DNA of 64,000 nucleotides from the NCBI GenBank assembly GCA_964555035.1, contig CAZKRK010000003.1, positions 1,133 through 65,132 on the forward strand. The letters are read 5' to 3'. Shown in pieces: positions 17,570 to 27,126 of this stretch (the stretch's first letter is position 1; each line of letters opens with the position of its first letter). Source of the DNA: an uncultured Victivallales bacterium (GTDB lineage Bacteria > Verrucomicrobiota > Kiritimatiellia > UBA8416 > CAYOBW01). A program made the translations under genes and the position numbers. The notes beneath the pieces are model-generated. The model saw nothing but the letters and a program-made list of their open reading frames with translations, had not been told where the DNA came from and searched no databases.

Positions 17570-18616
17570 CTATTTGCTCAATGGGTTCCACTTTTCGACG
17601 TACTCCATCCTCACCTTGCCGGTTGTCGGATCCAGGTTCAGGGGAAGTAGTAGATAGCGTGATTTGTTGAGGTCTGACCTGTCGGGAATCCACCACTGGT
17701 CGCACAGGGCCATCACCGTGTCGGATTCCGCGATGTAAATGAGATCGGTGACCTGGGAACTCCAGGTCTTCTTCTCGCTGATATACCCCTGTTTTTTGTA
17801 TTTGCCGAGCGGCGAATCGGCCACCGCACAGAGCGTATCTGAACCCGCCCAGCCATGCACGCCCGACGCGACCGCGATGTACTTGCCTTTGTATTTGATC
17901 ATGGCGGGTGCTTCATTGCCCCCACCGAAGATCACGACGCCATCCCTATTGCTGGTCAGATAGTCATCACTCAGGCTGTCGATACGGATCGCATAGCGCC
18001 AGCCTCCGCCCCCTTCCGGCTTTGAGTGATCGCAGTAAATCACGTACGCTTTGCCATCGTCATCCTGAAACGCGTCCATATCCGAGGCGAAGCCGTTGGA
18101 GGTCCCCATCTCGCGGGGTCCCAACGGGGTGAACGGTCCTTCCGGATGATCAGCCGTGGCGACCATCAGGAACGAGGCGGGCATCGCCAGAAACCAGCGA
18201 TACCACATCACGTATTTCTTTGTCGTTTCGTTGTAGATCACATGCGCCCGACCGGTGGCACCCAGCTTGCCGAAACCGTTCGCCGGGCGGGGCAGGCACA
18301 CTCCCTTGTAGGTCCAGGTCTTCAGGTCGATGGACCGGTACACCTGCACCCCGTTCCACACCGGCCCGTCGGTCACACGAAACTTGCCCTTGGGGTTATT
18401 GGCATAGCTGCTGCCATACCAGTAAAAGACCCCGTTGAACCGTGCAATGCCCCCGTCATGCGCCGCGATATGACGCCCCTCCGTATCAACCCAGTCCGTC
18501 CCGTTGGTGATGGACACCGGAGCCGGCTCCGCGGAAGCGTTGTTCGAAACGCATAGAGCGACGCAAAAGATGCTCAAGGCGAATAGTTCTAACATCAGAC
18601 CGTTACTCATCTTCAT
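17570..18616 (-). CDS. Secreted glycoside hydrolase, GH43-like five-bladed propeller
   Basis: Signal peptide. GVFYWYGSSY, VQVYRSIDLKTWTYKG, KYVMWYRW and AYVIYCDH look like GH43 blade motifs. Confidence 0.6.
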   Translation of the reverse strand: MKMSNGLMLELFALSIFCVALCVSNNASAEPAPVSITNGTDWVDTEGRHIAAHDGGIARFNGVFYWYGSSYANNPKGKFRVTDGPVWNGVQVYRSIDLKTWTYKGVCLPRPANGFGKLGATGRAHVIYNETTKKYVMWYRWFLAMPASFLMVATADHPEGPFTPLGPREMGTSNGFASDMDAFQDDDGKAYVIYCDHSKPEGGGGWRYAIRIDSLSDDYLTSNRDGVVIFGGGNEAPAMIKYKGKYIAVASGVHGWAGSDTLCAVADSPLGKYKKQGYISEKKTWSSQVTDLIYIAESDTVMALCDQWWIPDRSDLNKSRYLLLPLNLDPTTGKVRMEYVEKWNPLSK

Positions 18617-18697
18617 CTCCTCCTCTTGGCGCGCGGAGAATGTTGTTGCTTAGTCCACACAGCCTAAGCCGTTCCCCGTCGAAGCATCTACCCGCAT

Positions 18698-18727
18698 TTG
18701 CGCACAAGTTCTTTCCTGTTTGCGCAC
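18698..18727 (-). promoter_or_regulatory. TTGCGCAC-N14-TTGCGCAC box upstream of the GH43-like gene
   Basis: ttgcgcacaagttctttcctgtttgcgcac, 82 nt from start 18616. CTACC at 18688-18692. Confidence 0.6.
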
Positions 18728-18994
18728 GGGGTGTATGCGGGAATTGCGCGGGAAAGGGAGAAACAGCCTCCCGCCCTTCGTCTTTACCATTGTCTGTACC
18801 TTAATCTGTTCGGAAAGAGACACGGGTAAAGACAATCGTAGAGACAGCGGTGTTGTGTTGTGTGTGGGGGTACGCATCACGCGCCTTGTTTGCGGCGCCA
18901 TTCGGGCTTGCCCCCGTCACTCTCTGATGCTTGGGCAGAAATGTGTGTACGACGTGAGGCATACATGCTGGCTTCATCTTGGATCAGATAGGAG

Positions 18995-19282
18995 ATGGCC
19001 ATGGCAACCGTGACTTTGAAGAGACAGACGCGATTGAATGTCCGTGCCACTCAGGAGCAAAAGGACTTGATTGCCCGTGCGGCACGCATGACCCACTCCA
19101 TCATCAGCGAGTTCGTTCTCGGCCGGGCATACCGCGACGCGCAGGAGATCCTGGCGGAGCAGAACGACTTCAGGTTGCCGGATCGCCAGTGGCGGGCGTT
19201 CAACCAAGCCCTGGATGCTCCCCCTAAGCCCATTGCCGCCCTGCGCCGACTACTTACCGAAGACGGGGTCTTTGATGGCTGA
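18995..19282 (+). CDS. tacA: TacA-type (DUF1778, RHH) antitoxin
   Basis: LNVRATQEQKDLIARAARMTHSIISEFVLGRAYRDAQEIL...DRQWRAFNQALDAPPKP is the DUF1778 pattern. It overlaps the downstream GNAT-toxin start by 8 nt. Confidence 0.8.
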   Translation: MAMATVTLKRQTRLNVRATQEQKDLIARAARMTHSIISEFVLGRAYRDAQEILAEQNDFRLPDRQWRAFNQALDAPPKPIAALRRLLTEDGVFDG

Positions 19283-19508
19283 GCTCTCGCCTCCCGTTCC
19301 GATTGAGAAGCAACACGACTGCGGAGCGTTCGACTGCGGACAAGAAGCGCTCAACGCGTACCTGCGCCGCTATGCCCTGCAGAACCACCACTCCGGCGCT
19401 GCTCGCACGTACGTCGCCGCCAACGATAAAGCGTCCGCCATCCATCTTGCGCGGCTCCAGTGTCTTTCCGCCTTCCAGTACAGATCGTCCGGCTTGTCCT
19501 GTCCGTAA
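19275..19508 (+). pseudogene. tacT: Truncated TacT-type GNAT toxin (N-terminal ~55 aa only)
   Basis: MAELSPPVPIEKQHDCGAFDCGQEALNAYLRRYALQNHHSGAARTYVAAN matches the TacT N-terminus. The sequence then diverges and stops at 77 aa, whereas the family is ~160-175 aa. The breakpoint near 19440-19466 coincides with the end of an opposite-strand fragment. Confidence 0.6.
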
Positions 19509-19874
19509 TGGAGCGCGTTTATCGCCGACGCGGCGATCCCACAGAACCTCGTCGGGCGCGTGTGCATCAGCCACGGTTCACGGACACGAATGTCGTCCAT
19601 CAGCATCTTAAGGATCTCCTTTCGGCCCTGCTCCCTCATCACCTGGGGCACTGCGCCGTTAGCGATAACCGTCAATACCCGCGCGCGCGCTTCCGTCTCG
19701 GGCAAGGTCGTGGTGGTGTCAACATGATGGGGGAGCATGGGGATGTGGACTTCAGACTGTTTTCTCCCCGCGGCGGAAAGGACGCGATGTATCGCGAACT
19801 GACATGTAGCGCATCGCCCTGCCCCTTCACGCCTGCCTTCTGTTTTCGCTTTGCCATGTTGCTGCCGGGACCCT

Positions 19875-20551
19875 CTATCGCAGGGGCTTCATCTCAGCAC
19901 CTTCGAAGAGCAGGACGCTCTCGCGTTTCGCCCTGCGAATCAGCGGCTGCGTGAAGCCCGACTTCGAGAAGAGCGCATAGTGAAGACGGTATGCGCTCAG
20001 AACGCGCTGGCCCTTGCCTTTCTCGATGAGCTCGTCCAGGACGGACTCGCTGACGCGCCTGGATGTCCATTTGCATTCTCCGAGCAGGGCAACGCGCTCC
20101 GAGTGGTTGACCGCGGCAACGTCAATCTCCGCGCTTCGCCGCCATGATCGGCCCACAGAATCTGAAGAACACTGGCAATGCCCGGATACGATTCCAGCAG
20201 GTAGGGGAACTCGTCGATGACTAACCGGACTCGCCTATGACAACTCAGCTCAAAGACATGCCGCAAGGCAGCTTCCCAGTCAGCAAACCGTGCACCGGCA
20301 GGCATCTCACCCAGGTCAGACTCGGCCAGGATGCGAGAGAACTTCTCCAGCAACACGCCGGGGGAGCTCTTGTGCGCCACCCAGTATGCCGACGGACACC
20401 CGGAATGCCTCGAAAGCCAGTGGGTGATGAGTGCCGTCTTTCCGATGCGCCGTCGCCCATAGATCACAACGAACTGTGCCTCGGGCTTCCGGTCGAGTTC
20501 GTCCAGCGCCGACAGTTCCTTCTTTCGGTTTACGAATCTCATTCTATTCAC
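19875..20551 (-). pseudogene. Broken AAA ATPase (Arch_ATPase-like) / DUF234 gene: N-terminal and C-terminal parts lie in different frames, middle missing
   Basis: 19997..20551: RFVNRKKELSALDEL...FVVIYGRRRIGKTALI (Walker A)...LVIDEFPYL (Walker B). 19875..20156, another frame: IDVAAVNHSERVALLGECKWTSRRVSESVLDELIEKG (DUF234-like). Total span is ~225 codons against ~450 expected. Confidence 0.6.
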
Positions 20552-20657
20552 TCCAGCAGTAACTTACCCGATATGTGGTAAATGTAACATCCTGGAGTGC
20601 TGTCGTCAACCCCCGGCCCCCGACCTCACCGGCGGAGCAGTCACCCAAATTGACAGC

Positions 20658-23297
20658 TCAACGATACTGACTGAAGAACAACCCTTGTTGGCGCTCGCCT
20701 CGTCCGCGGCACCCTTTGCCCGCCCCGAAGTCGAAGTCCGCCGTGGCGGTCACCGTACCGGATTCGAGCACGTCGTCTCCGCTCCGCAAACTCCACTGAT
20801 ACACCGCCCCTTTGCGAACTTCAAAATAGTCCCTTTGTTCAGACTCGTAGCCCCACAGCGGTCTGCTCGCGTGCTCATAGCGAATGACCTGTCGACCCTC
20901 GAGCGCCCGTTTGCTGACCATCTCGGGTTCAGGCAGAGATTCCACGACCTTGGCAGGAGCGACCGATGAAAACGCAGGGATCTCCTGCGTCCCCGGACGA
21001 TCCGGCAGAAGTGAGTGTCGGGGGGGGCTGCCGGCCGGGGCCGGTTCCAGCGAGAGCACCACGGCCGGCTCCGTGGGCATGTCGTACAGGAACTCTTCGC
21101 CGTACCTGTAAACACCCAAGTCGATTCCCTCGCGCGGATAGATCTCTTTGACCTGGTACGGTGACTCCGGGTCCTCTTCCAGCTTCAGCCAGCGATTGAT
21201 CGGGATCGATGCCCGAAGAGCCGTGTTTTGATTGATCCCTTTGTCGAAACCGCCGCGAAAGAGAAACACAAAGCCACGATCCTTGATGATGTGGGCGCTG
21301 CCGTCCAGCGGCGAATGGCCCGGACTGTCAAAGAGGTCGCGTTTGACCGTGAGATACTCGAGGTGGTCCGAGGCCCAGGCCCGCCACTTCTTGAAGAACT
21401 CCCGGTTCTCCTTGTTTCCGAATTGCGGATAGGCCTGGCCGATCATGCAGTAGTTCGCAACGCTGAGCCCTGCGATCACGTTAAAGCGAAAGCTCTTCGG
21501 ATCCTTGCCGAAGAGATCAAGGGAGTTCTTGTAGACAGGTCGGAAGCGATCGTTCTGCTGGTGCCAACTCTGCAGGCGGTTCATGTCGGCGCCGTGAGTT
21601 TCGTAATAGTGGTAGGCAGAATCCAGATGCCGCAAGGCCCAGGGTCCGCCACGGTGTAGACCGTAATAAGACTCCAGGCAGACTTTTGGATAACGCTCTT
21701 TGAGCTTCTTCAAGAAGCCCATGATGTTCTTCCATTCCTTGTAGCGGTTGTCGCCGGGCAGATGTCCGTGGTTCCTGGCATAGCAAGGGTCTGGCCCGGC
21801 GCCTTTGTTCCCGGGGCGGTAATGGCCCACTTCCCAAAAACTCAACCATCGACCGTCCCACCCCCACCAACGTGGTTTGTACGTCTTAAAGACGTGGTCG
21901 GTAATATTGAACATATGCTCCGCGTACTCATCGCAGGCGAAGCATGACGCCTTACGCTTAAATAGATACTCGCAGACGTTCCCGTTTTCGTCGATCGCGG
22001 CCCACTCGGGATGATCCTGAAAATAGACGGTAGCAATAGAGAAACTGTTGACGTGCACACCGATCTTCTTGCCGTATTCATGAAATCTCTCCATGGCCTT
22101 CGGCAAGACAAACTCAGGCGCGTATTCATCCTCTTTGAAATTATCCAGAAGCACTTTCGCCTTTGCCTGGTCCGCGTGGTCCAGACCCTTGGTGATGGCG
22201 CCGGGGCCCGGCATGCCGGCGACTCCAGTGTCTTTGGGAAAGCCCATGGGGTTGGTGCGCATCTTATCGACGTACGGCGGACTCAGTGGGTGCACGCCGC
22301 GCCCGTACCAGGTGTGGGCGGTCATGACATCGTGGATGCCCGCTTCTTTGAGGTAATCGAGAATCGAAGGCTCGACGCTCCAGAGCCCGGCCCACCAGCC
22401 GTTTTGCCAAACCCAGTAACCTTCTTCTGGAAGGGTGAGGTCATTGGGCAGAACATGGCGCATGAACTCCTTCATCGCCCACACTTCGCCCCAGTCCAAC
22501 GTCTCCAATGGAACGTCCTTGATCGGATTCGGCATGCCTCCTTTGAAATGCTGGCTGAGCCCACCGAATTTGCTTATCAACGGGTAACGTCCTCTCCCGG
22601 GGTAGGGTCCCTGCGAAACGCGGTGGATCCCTTCCTTCCGATAGACGCCGATGAAGTACTTTTCGCTTGTGTTCACTTCGCCCTCGGCGACTTGGTAGTT
22701 GGGCTCGTAGCCGAGACGAAAGCCCTCTTTACCTTTCCGCGTCAGCTCCCAGTACGGATATTCAATCCCGGCGAAGCAGCCGCCCTTCTCTCCGCGCAGA
22801 AAGAGATTGATCGGGCAATGCCAGATCGTGTTGTCGTCGTGGAAATGGATCTCAGAGAACACCGTCGTGGTCATGTCCTCCAGGAACACGGACTTGAGGA
22901 AGTACGGTTCGCCATCCGACGCTTTGACTGTCAACCACTTCTCGACAAAGTGGTCGCCGGTGCCAAGACGATAGTGGAGCGTGACATCGAGCCCGTTGCC
23001 GGTAAAGCGCAGTTCCGCTCCGTCCTGCGTTGTCTTGACCTTAGGGACTTTCGTTGCTCGAAACGACCCCGTGTCCGTGACGACTTCGAACCCGATCCCG
23101 GAGAATGGGTACGTGACCCCCTGCTCCTTATCGCGGATGGCGCGCAGCGCGCCGCTCTGCCGATCGATCTCTACCGCGATGCGCGGGTTTTCCAGTCCAA
23201 GCGCAGACTTGCCCACTGCTTCCGCCGCCCCACACACGAGACTTGCGCATAGCATCACACCGATACCGACAATGACTTCTGCTGTTGCTGTCTTCAT
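20658..23297 (-). CDS. Secreted 879-aa protein, possible glycoside hydrolase of unrecognised family
   Basis: Signal peptide MKTATAEVIVGIGVMLCASLVCGAAEA. The aromatic-rich central part (WWGWDGRW, ESYYGLHRGGPW) is reminiscent of GH36/GH31-like (beta/alpha)8 enzymes. I cannot assign a family by eye. Confidence 0.5.
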   Translation of the reverse strand: MKTATAEVIVGIGVMLCASLVCGAAEAVGKSALGLENPRIAVEIDRQSGALRAIRDKEQGVTYPFSGIGFEVVTDTGSFRATKVPKVKTTQDGAELRFTGNGLDVTLHYRLGTGDHFVEKWLTVKASDGEPYFLKSVFLEDMTTTVFSEIHFHDDNTIWHCPINLFLRGEKGGCFAGIEYPYWELTRKGKEGFRLGYEPNYQVAEGEVNTSEKYFIGVYRKEGIHRVSQGPYPGRGRYPLISKFGGLSQHFKGGMPNPIKDVPLETLDWGEVWAMKEFMRHVLPNDLTLPEEGYWVWQNGWWAGLWSVEPSILDYLKEAGIHDVMTAHTWYGRGVHPLSPPYVDKMRTNPMGFPKDTGVAGMPGPGAITKGLDHADQAKAKVLLDNFKEDEYAPEFVLPKAMERFHEYGKKIGVHVNSFSIATVYFQDHPEWAAIDENGNVCEYLFKRKASCFACDEYAEHMFNITDHVFKTYKPRWWGWDGRWLSFWEVGHYRPGNKGAGPDPCYARNHGHLPGDNRYKEWKNIMGFLKKLKERYPKVCLESYYGLHRGGPWALRHLDSAYHYYETHGADMNRLQSWHQQNDRFRPVYKNSLDLFGKDPKSFRFNVIAGLSVANYCMIGQAYPQFGNKENREFFKKWRAWASDHLEYLTVKRDLFDSPGHSPLDGSAHIIKDRGFVFLFRGGFDKGINQNTALRASIPINRWLKLEEDPESPYQVKEIYPREGIDLGVYRYGEEFLYDMPTEPAVVLSLEPAPAGSPPRHSLLPDRPGTQEIPAFSSVAPAKVVESLPEPEMVSKRALEGRQVIRYEHASRPLWGYESEQRDYFEVRKGAVYQWSLRSGDDVLESGTVTATADFDFGAGKGCRGRGERQQGLFFSQYR

Positions 23298-23372
23298 GGG
23301 GTTCTCTCAACCTTAACGCATCCGAGGTTCCATACAGCCTACGCCTCTTTCCACCGACCGGTCTACCGCCTC

Positions 23373-23402
23373 TTGCGCACAAGTTTTTTCCTGTTTGCGC
23401 AC
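23373..23402 (-). promoter_or_regulatory. TTGCGCAC-N14-TTGCGCAC box upstream of 20658..23297
   Basis: ttgcgcacaagttttttcctgtttgcgcac, 76 nt from start 23297. CTACC at 23363-23367. The ~42 nt between box and gene are near-identical to those at 26438-26479. Confidence 0.6.
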
Positions 23403-23493
23403 GGGAGAGGAGGCGTGTCGGGGCTGCTTGAGAGATCGGCAGGCCTGGGACTGTCTCAGGTATCGAACCGCGGCTGGCGTCTTCTGCGGGACA

Positions 23494-23743
23494 AGATTGA
23501 GTAGAGAGATTACGTAGATAGATTAAGCCTAAAAAGAGCAGTTGCCCGCAGATGACGCAGATTGACGCAGATAGAGTCCCGAATCCGCGTTCATCTGCGT
23601 CATCCGCGGGCAACTTCTGCCTCATCCGGCTTTTCACCAAATGGGTGCGTCGTGTGACGTCGCCATCGTCAATGTTTGCAGACGTTTGCGTAGGAATCGG
23701 CGGTTCAACTGCCGAATACAGGCTTAGTCTATCTACTTCGTCT
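23494..23743. repeat. MITE-like element bounded by inverted 13-bp-period AGAYTARG units, carrying an internal 22-bp-arm hairpin
   Basis: Left units at 23494, 23507 and 23520 (agattgag, agattacg, agattaag). Right inverted units at 23723 and 23736 (cttagtct, cttcgtct). 17-bp TIR: gtagatagattaagcct (23514-23530) versus aggcttagtctatctac (23720-23736). Inner hairpin: gttgcccgcagatgacgcagat (23541-23562) / atctgcgtcatccgcgggcaac (23593-23614). Confidence 0.55.
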
Positions 23744-23802
23744 TCCCCTGCGCCTGAGAAGACGGGGGTAAGGACTGTGGCAAAGACGAGGCTGCGGGGA
23801 GT

Positions 23803-25284
23803 CTACTCCCCGGCAAAGTCAAGCAGGTACAAAACCACGCCCGTGTGGCAGCTGTACCACCATTGGTGGTATTGGAAGCCGACCACAATCCGGTTGTCGG
23901 GCTGGAGGTAGTAGGTGATGTAGTTGGCGGTCTGGATGGCGCGCTGCCGCATTGTTTCGTCGCCGGTGGCTTCGGCAAGATCATGCAGCATTGAGGCCCA
24001 GTTCAGGCTGTGGATGCCCATGACCACGTTGCACTGCAACTGCTCGCGGATCCCCTCGGCCGGCTCGAAGCCCTTGATCTTGTCCAGGAAGATCTTCTCG
24101 ACCCAGTCGTTGAGCTCCTTGGCGAGCTCCAGGTAGCCGTTGTCGTCCGTCCGTTTCGCTAACAGGTAGCGGATCGTATCGAGACAATCGTAGTTGGTGC
24201 GGCCCTTGGGACTGGCCACGATATCCTCGTAGAAGCCGCGAAACTCCTTGGTTTTGATGGGACCGTTCACCAGCCAGTTCCAGGTCAGGTCCCGGTTGGC
24301 CTTGTAACGGTCGTTGCTGTTGGCCGCGTCCAGCTTCTCGAACAACGTCACGGCGTAGATGACACTGCTGGTGTACTCCTCGATGACCTTCTCGGTCTTC
24401 GGGTCCACGCGGAACGGCCAGGTGCCGTTCGGACGCTGGCGAGCGGCGAGCGTGTGGCCGATGGCGTTGGCCGCTTTCAGGAACCTGGCTTCGCGGCTGG
24501 CTTCGTGCAACTGGAGATACGCCAGCGCCATGATGGCCGCCTTGTCGGGCATCAGGCCGGTCTTGTCGCGGAAGCCGCCCGGCTTCTTCTGCTCGTACGT
24601 GCTGTAGGGCAGGTTGCCGTAGGCCCAGTCGCCGGGCGTACTGTGGGCGATGTCCCAGTCGGCAAGCTTGACTGCTTCCTTCAGTGCCCGGGCGTCGTCC
24701 GCATAGCGCCAGTAGCCGATCAAAGTCCGGATCATGAGCGCGTGATGGAAGGCCGGGTAGGACACGAACCGGTCCACGGAACGCGGAAACGGCACGCCGT
24801 TCTGCTGTACGTTCGAGTAGTAGACCCAGGGCATCTGCACCGTGCCGTTTTCATCGAGCAGCGTGTCGGTCGCCTTGAACCACTTCAGATGATCGTCCAG
24901 AATGAACGACATGCCGCGACGGATGGTTTCATCATAGGATTGAAGCGGCAACAGCTTCCCTTCCGCGTCGCGCTTCCGCGGGGCAACCGTCATCATCTGC
25001 CGCCAGTCAAACGGCTCGGAGACAGGGACCTCCACGGCTTGTGCTTTCTCGAATAGCTCGGGGGGATACATGCCATTGATCTCCTTGCCGACCACGCCGT
25101 CACACAGCTCCTGCCCCGCAAGCCGAACGTGGGCCTGGTTTGGCGAAGCGTCGGGCGTGGCAGCGCCGTTCTCCGTCAGGATGTCGAACGGGTAGTGTCT
25201 ATGGGTCGAGGCCCGGGCCGGCGCCGTTCCCAGCGACAACACGCAAGCAAGCATGACGATACGTAACTGTAGTGCTCTTTTCAT
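23803..25284 (-). CDS. Secreted 493-aa protein of unrecognised family (helical, possibly (alpha/alpha)6-barrel-like)
   Basis: Start moved to ATG 25284, giving signal peptide MKRALQLRIVMLACVLSLGTAPARA. Coding-like composition throughout. No diagnostic motif recognised. Confidence 0.5.
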   Translation of the reverse strand: MKRALQLRIVMLACVLSLGTAPARASTHRHYPFDILTENGAATPDASPNQAHVRLAGQELCDGVVGKEINGMYPPELFEKAQAVEVPVSEPFDWRQMMTVAPRKRDAEGKLLPLQSYDETIRRGMSFILDDHLKWFKATDTLLDENGTVQMPWVYYSNVQQNGVPFPRSVDRFVSYPAFHHALMIRTLIGYWRYADDARALKEAVKLADWDIAHSTPGDWAYGNLPYSTYEQKKPGGFRDKTGLMPDKAAIMALAYLQLHEASREARFLKAANAIGHTLAARQRPNGTWPFRVDPKTEKVIEEYTSSVIYAVTLFEKLDAANSNDRYKANRDLTWNWLVNGPIKTKEFRGFYEDIVASPKGRTNYDCLDTIRYLLAKRTDDNGYLELAKELNDWVEKIFLDKIKGFEPAEGIREQLQCNVVMGIHSLNWASMLHDLAEATGDETMRQRAIQTANYITYYLQPDNRIVVGFQYHQWWYSCHTGVVLYLLDFAGE

Positions 25285-25306
25285 TGTGACTCCATTTGAC
25301 GCTGCG

Positions 25307-26404
25307 CTAGCGCTTTCCATAGCGCTCCACAAGCGTGTCGGCCTCCTCGACCGAGCGTGCTTCAATGACGGCAAACAGGCGGTTCTTGTCCAAGGCGCCG
25401 CACAGCGCGTCAAGTTCCTTTACGAAATCGGCGTCGCCGCCGTGCGCACCTGCGTAGAACACCTGAACGCTCTTGCCACCGTCCTGGATACGTTTCAGGA
25501 GGGGCAACCACTGTGACGGGTGGGGCTGACCGGCGCCCTGGATCCACTGAACGCAGTTCAGCTCTTCGATCTCCAGCAGGCGCGGCAGATGCCGTACGGC
25601 ATCGGGACCGTCGAGGTGGTACATCGATCGATCAACGTGCCCGATGGTACCCCGCGTATCCTCCAAACAGAATTCGACAAACATCTCCGGGCCGATCATA
25701 CAGCTGAAGTCGTTTTGGCCGATGCAGGCAAAGCGCTGTTCACTCCATCCCATGGTCCAGTTTGAGGTCCCCTGACCGCCGGGAAGAACCATCTCCGACA
25801 CCTGATCCACAATTTCCTTCCAGAGCCGGGTCATCCGCTTCATGGCCTGCTGAACCACTTCCGGTTCCTCCAGCATGTCGATCATGAGATTCTCCTGCCC
25901 GCGCATCGCGGCCAGACCATCGACTCCCGTATGCAGATCCGGGTAGGCGGTGACCCATTTATCCGCGCCGCGCTCGACGCTCGCCCGGAGAATGTCGAGA
26001 TAGAGACGCCACCATCGGTTGTCCGGATCGAGTTCAAACGCGGGATAGGCATCGACACCTTTCACGAAGGGATGAACCCAGGACGTGCTATCACGCGGCT
26101 TCAGATCCATTTCCGCCCCAAGCCACGCGGCGAACTGGTCCGGCCCAAGCCATGGGTGAAACACTGGCAGTGAGTCCCCCGCAAAGCGAGTGTGGGCCAA
26201 GTCGTACTCCCCCTTGTCCAATACGTAATCGACATCGGTCCACAGTCCCTCCTCGGTGTCCGGCTCGGTCGGCGGAACCCCGCGCGTCGCGTTCGGAACC
26301 GTGATCCACAGCAGCGGTCCCTCATCAAGACCACCGTCCCAAAAGGCTTCGTTTCTTGCGCAACGACAGGCCAGATCGCGTTCGTCAATCCAGATCGATT
26401 TCAT
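25307..26404 (-). CDS. Cytoplasmic 365-aa protein of unrecognised family (possibly URO-D-like TIM barrel)
   Basis: Start moved to ATG 26404 (MKSIWIDERD...). The 35 extra codons of the listed ORF (MRKQERTCAQ...) are a read-through of the conserved box. Confidence 0.5.
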   Translation of the reverse strand: MKSIWIDERDLACRCARNEAFWDGGLDEGPLLWITVPNATRGVPPTEPDTEEGLWTDVDYVLDKGEYDLAHTRFAGDSLPVFHPWLGPDQFAAWLGAEMDLKPRDSTSWVHPFVKGVDAYPAFELDPDNRWWRLYLDILRASVERGADKWVTAYPDLHTGVDGLAAMRGQENLMIDMLEEPEVVQQAMKRMTRLWKEIVDQVSEMVLPGGQGTSNWTMGWSEQRFACIGQNDFSCMIGPEMFVEFCLEDTRGTIGHVDRSMYHLDGPDAVRHLPRLLEIEELNCVQWIQGAGQPHPSQWLPLLKRIQDGGKSVQVFYAGAHGGDADFVKELDALCGALDKNRLFAVIEARSVEEADTLVERYGKR

Positions 26405-26479
26405 ACGCCTCCGTTCTTGCCTTTCTCTTGGAAATCTCACACAGCGTACGCCTCTTTCCGCCAGACGGTCTACCGTCTC

Positions 26480-26509
26480 TTGCGCACAAGTTCTTTCCTG
26501 TTTGCGCAC
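26480..26509 (-). promoter_or_regulatory. TTGCGCAC-N14-TTGCGCAC box upstream of 25307..26404
   Basis: ttgcgcacaagttctttcctgtttgcgcac, 76 nt from start 26404. CTACC at 26470-26474. Confidence 0.6.
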
Positions 26510-26539
26510 GGGGAAGTGCCCGTGACCGGGGACAGGCGA

Positions 26540-26940
26540 GATCCCCCGGGCTTGTCCTGTCCTTTATACGCAAAAAGGGGAGGAGAGGAGCCGGGTTACG
26601 ATTTCGGGCGACGGGGAGGAATCCCCGCCCCTTGCGGGCGGGAAGCTTCAGGTTCTTCGGCTACCGGACAGACAACCGTCTCAGGGAGTTGAGTCCGAAT
26701 AGAGCGAGGGGTGTGCTTCGCCCGACCATCGCTCTTGCGGGACTCGGGAGTAGCAGGATCTCGGCGGGGTAGCTCTGAAACCTGAAGCTTCCCGCCCGCA
26801 AGGGGCGGGGATTCCGCTAGGAAAGTTTGGGCGGATTGTATCGCTGACCGCCTTCGAGCGGTTGAGGAGGCCTGACATTGCGGGAAAAGGGAGTGCGTTG
26901 ACTTTTGTGCATAAAGGACAGGACAAGCCCGGGGGATTCC
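26540..26940. repeat. Composite nested-palindrome element, family 2, copy B (inverted relative to copy A)
   Basis: Outer arms: gatcccccgggcttgtcctgtcctttata (26540-) and ataaaggacaggacaagcccgggggattcc (-26940). Inner 198-bp module 26618-26815 has the same 37-bp arms as 10648-10845. Confidence 0.8.
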
Positions 26941-27126
26941 CATCCCTTCAACCAGCTCAATCCAGAACGGATCTTCCACATCCATAGCCACGCCCAGATC
27001 ATTCCTCTTCCCGCCGATCTCGCGCATATTCGCTGGGACACCGTTGTCCTTTTCTGCTATGTTGACGACTCAATACACGCCCATCTCCGTGCTTGCAGGA
27101 GATCGCGGTAACTCGTGGAGGTCCCA

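Noticed and set aside
19370-19738. 122-aa minus-strand ORF overlapping the truncated tacT
   Set aside because: Its C-terminal 30 aa are antisense to tacT and its N-terminus has no start context. The middle (…INALHYGQDKPDDLYWKAE) may be a fragment of a real gene, but I cannot assign a family. Treated as part of the decayed islet rather than a gene.
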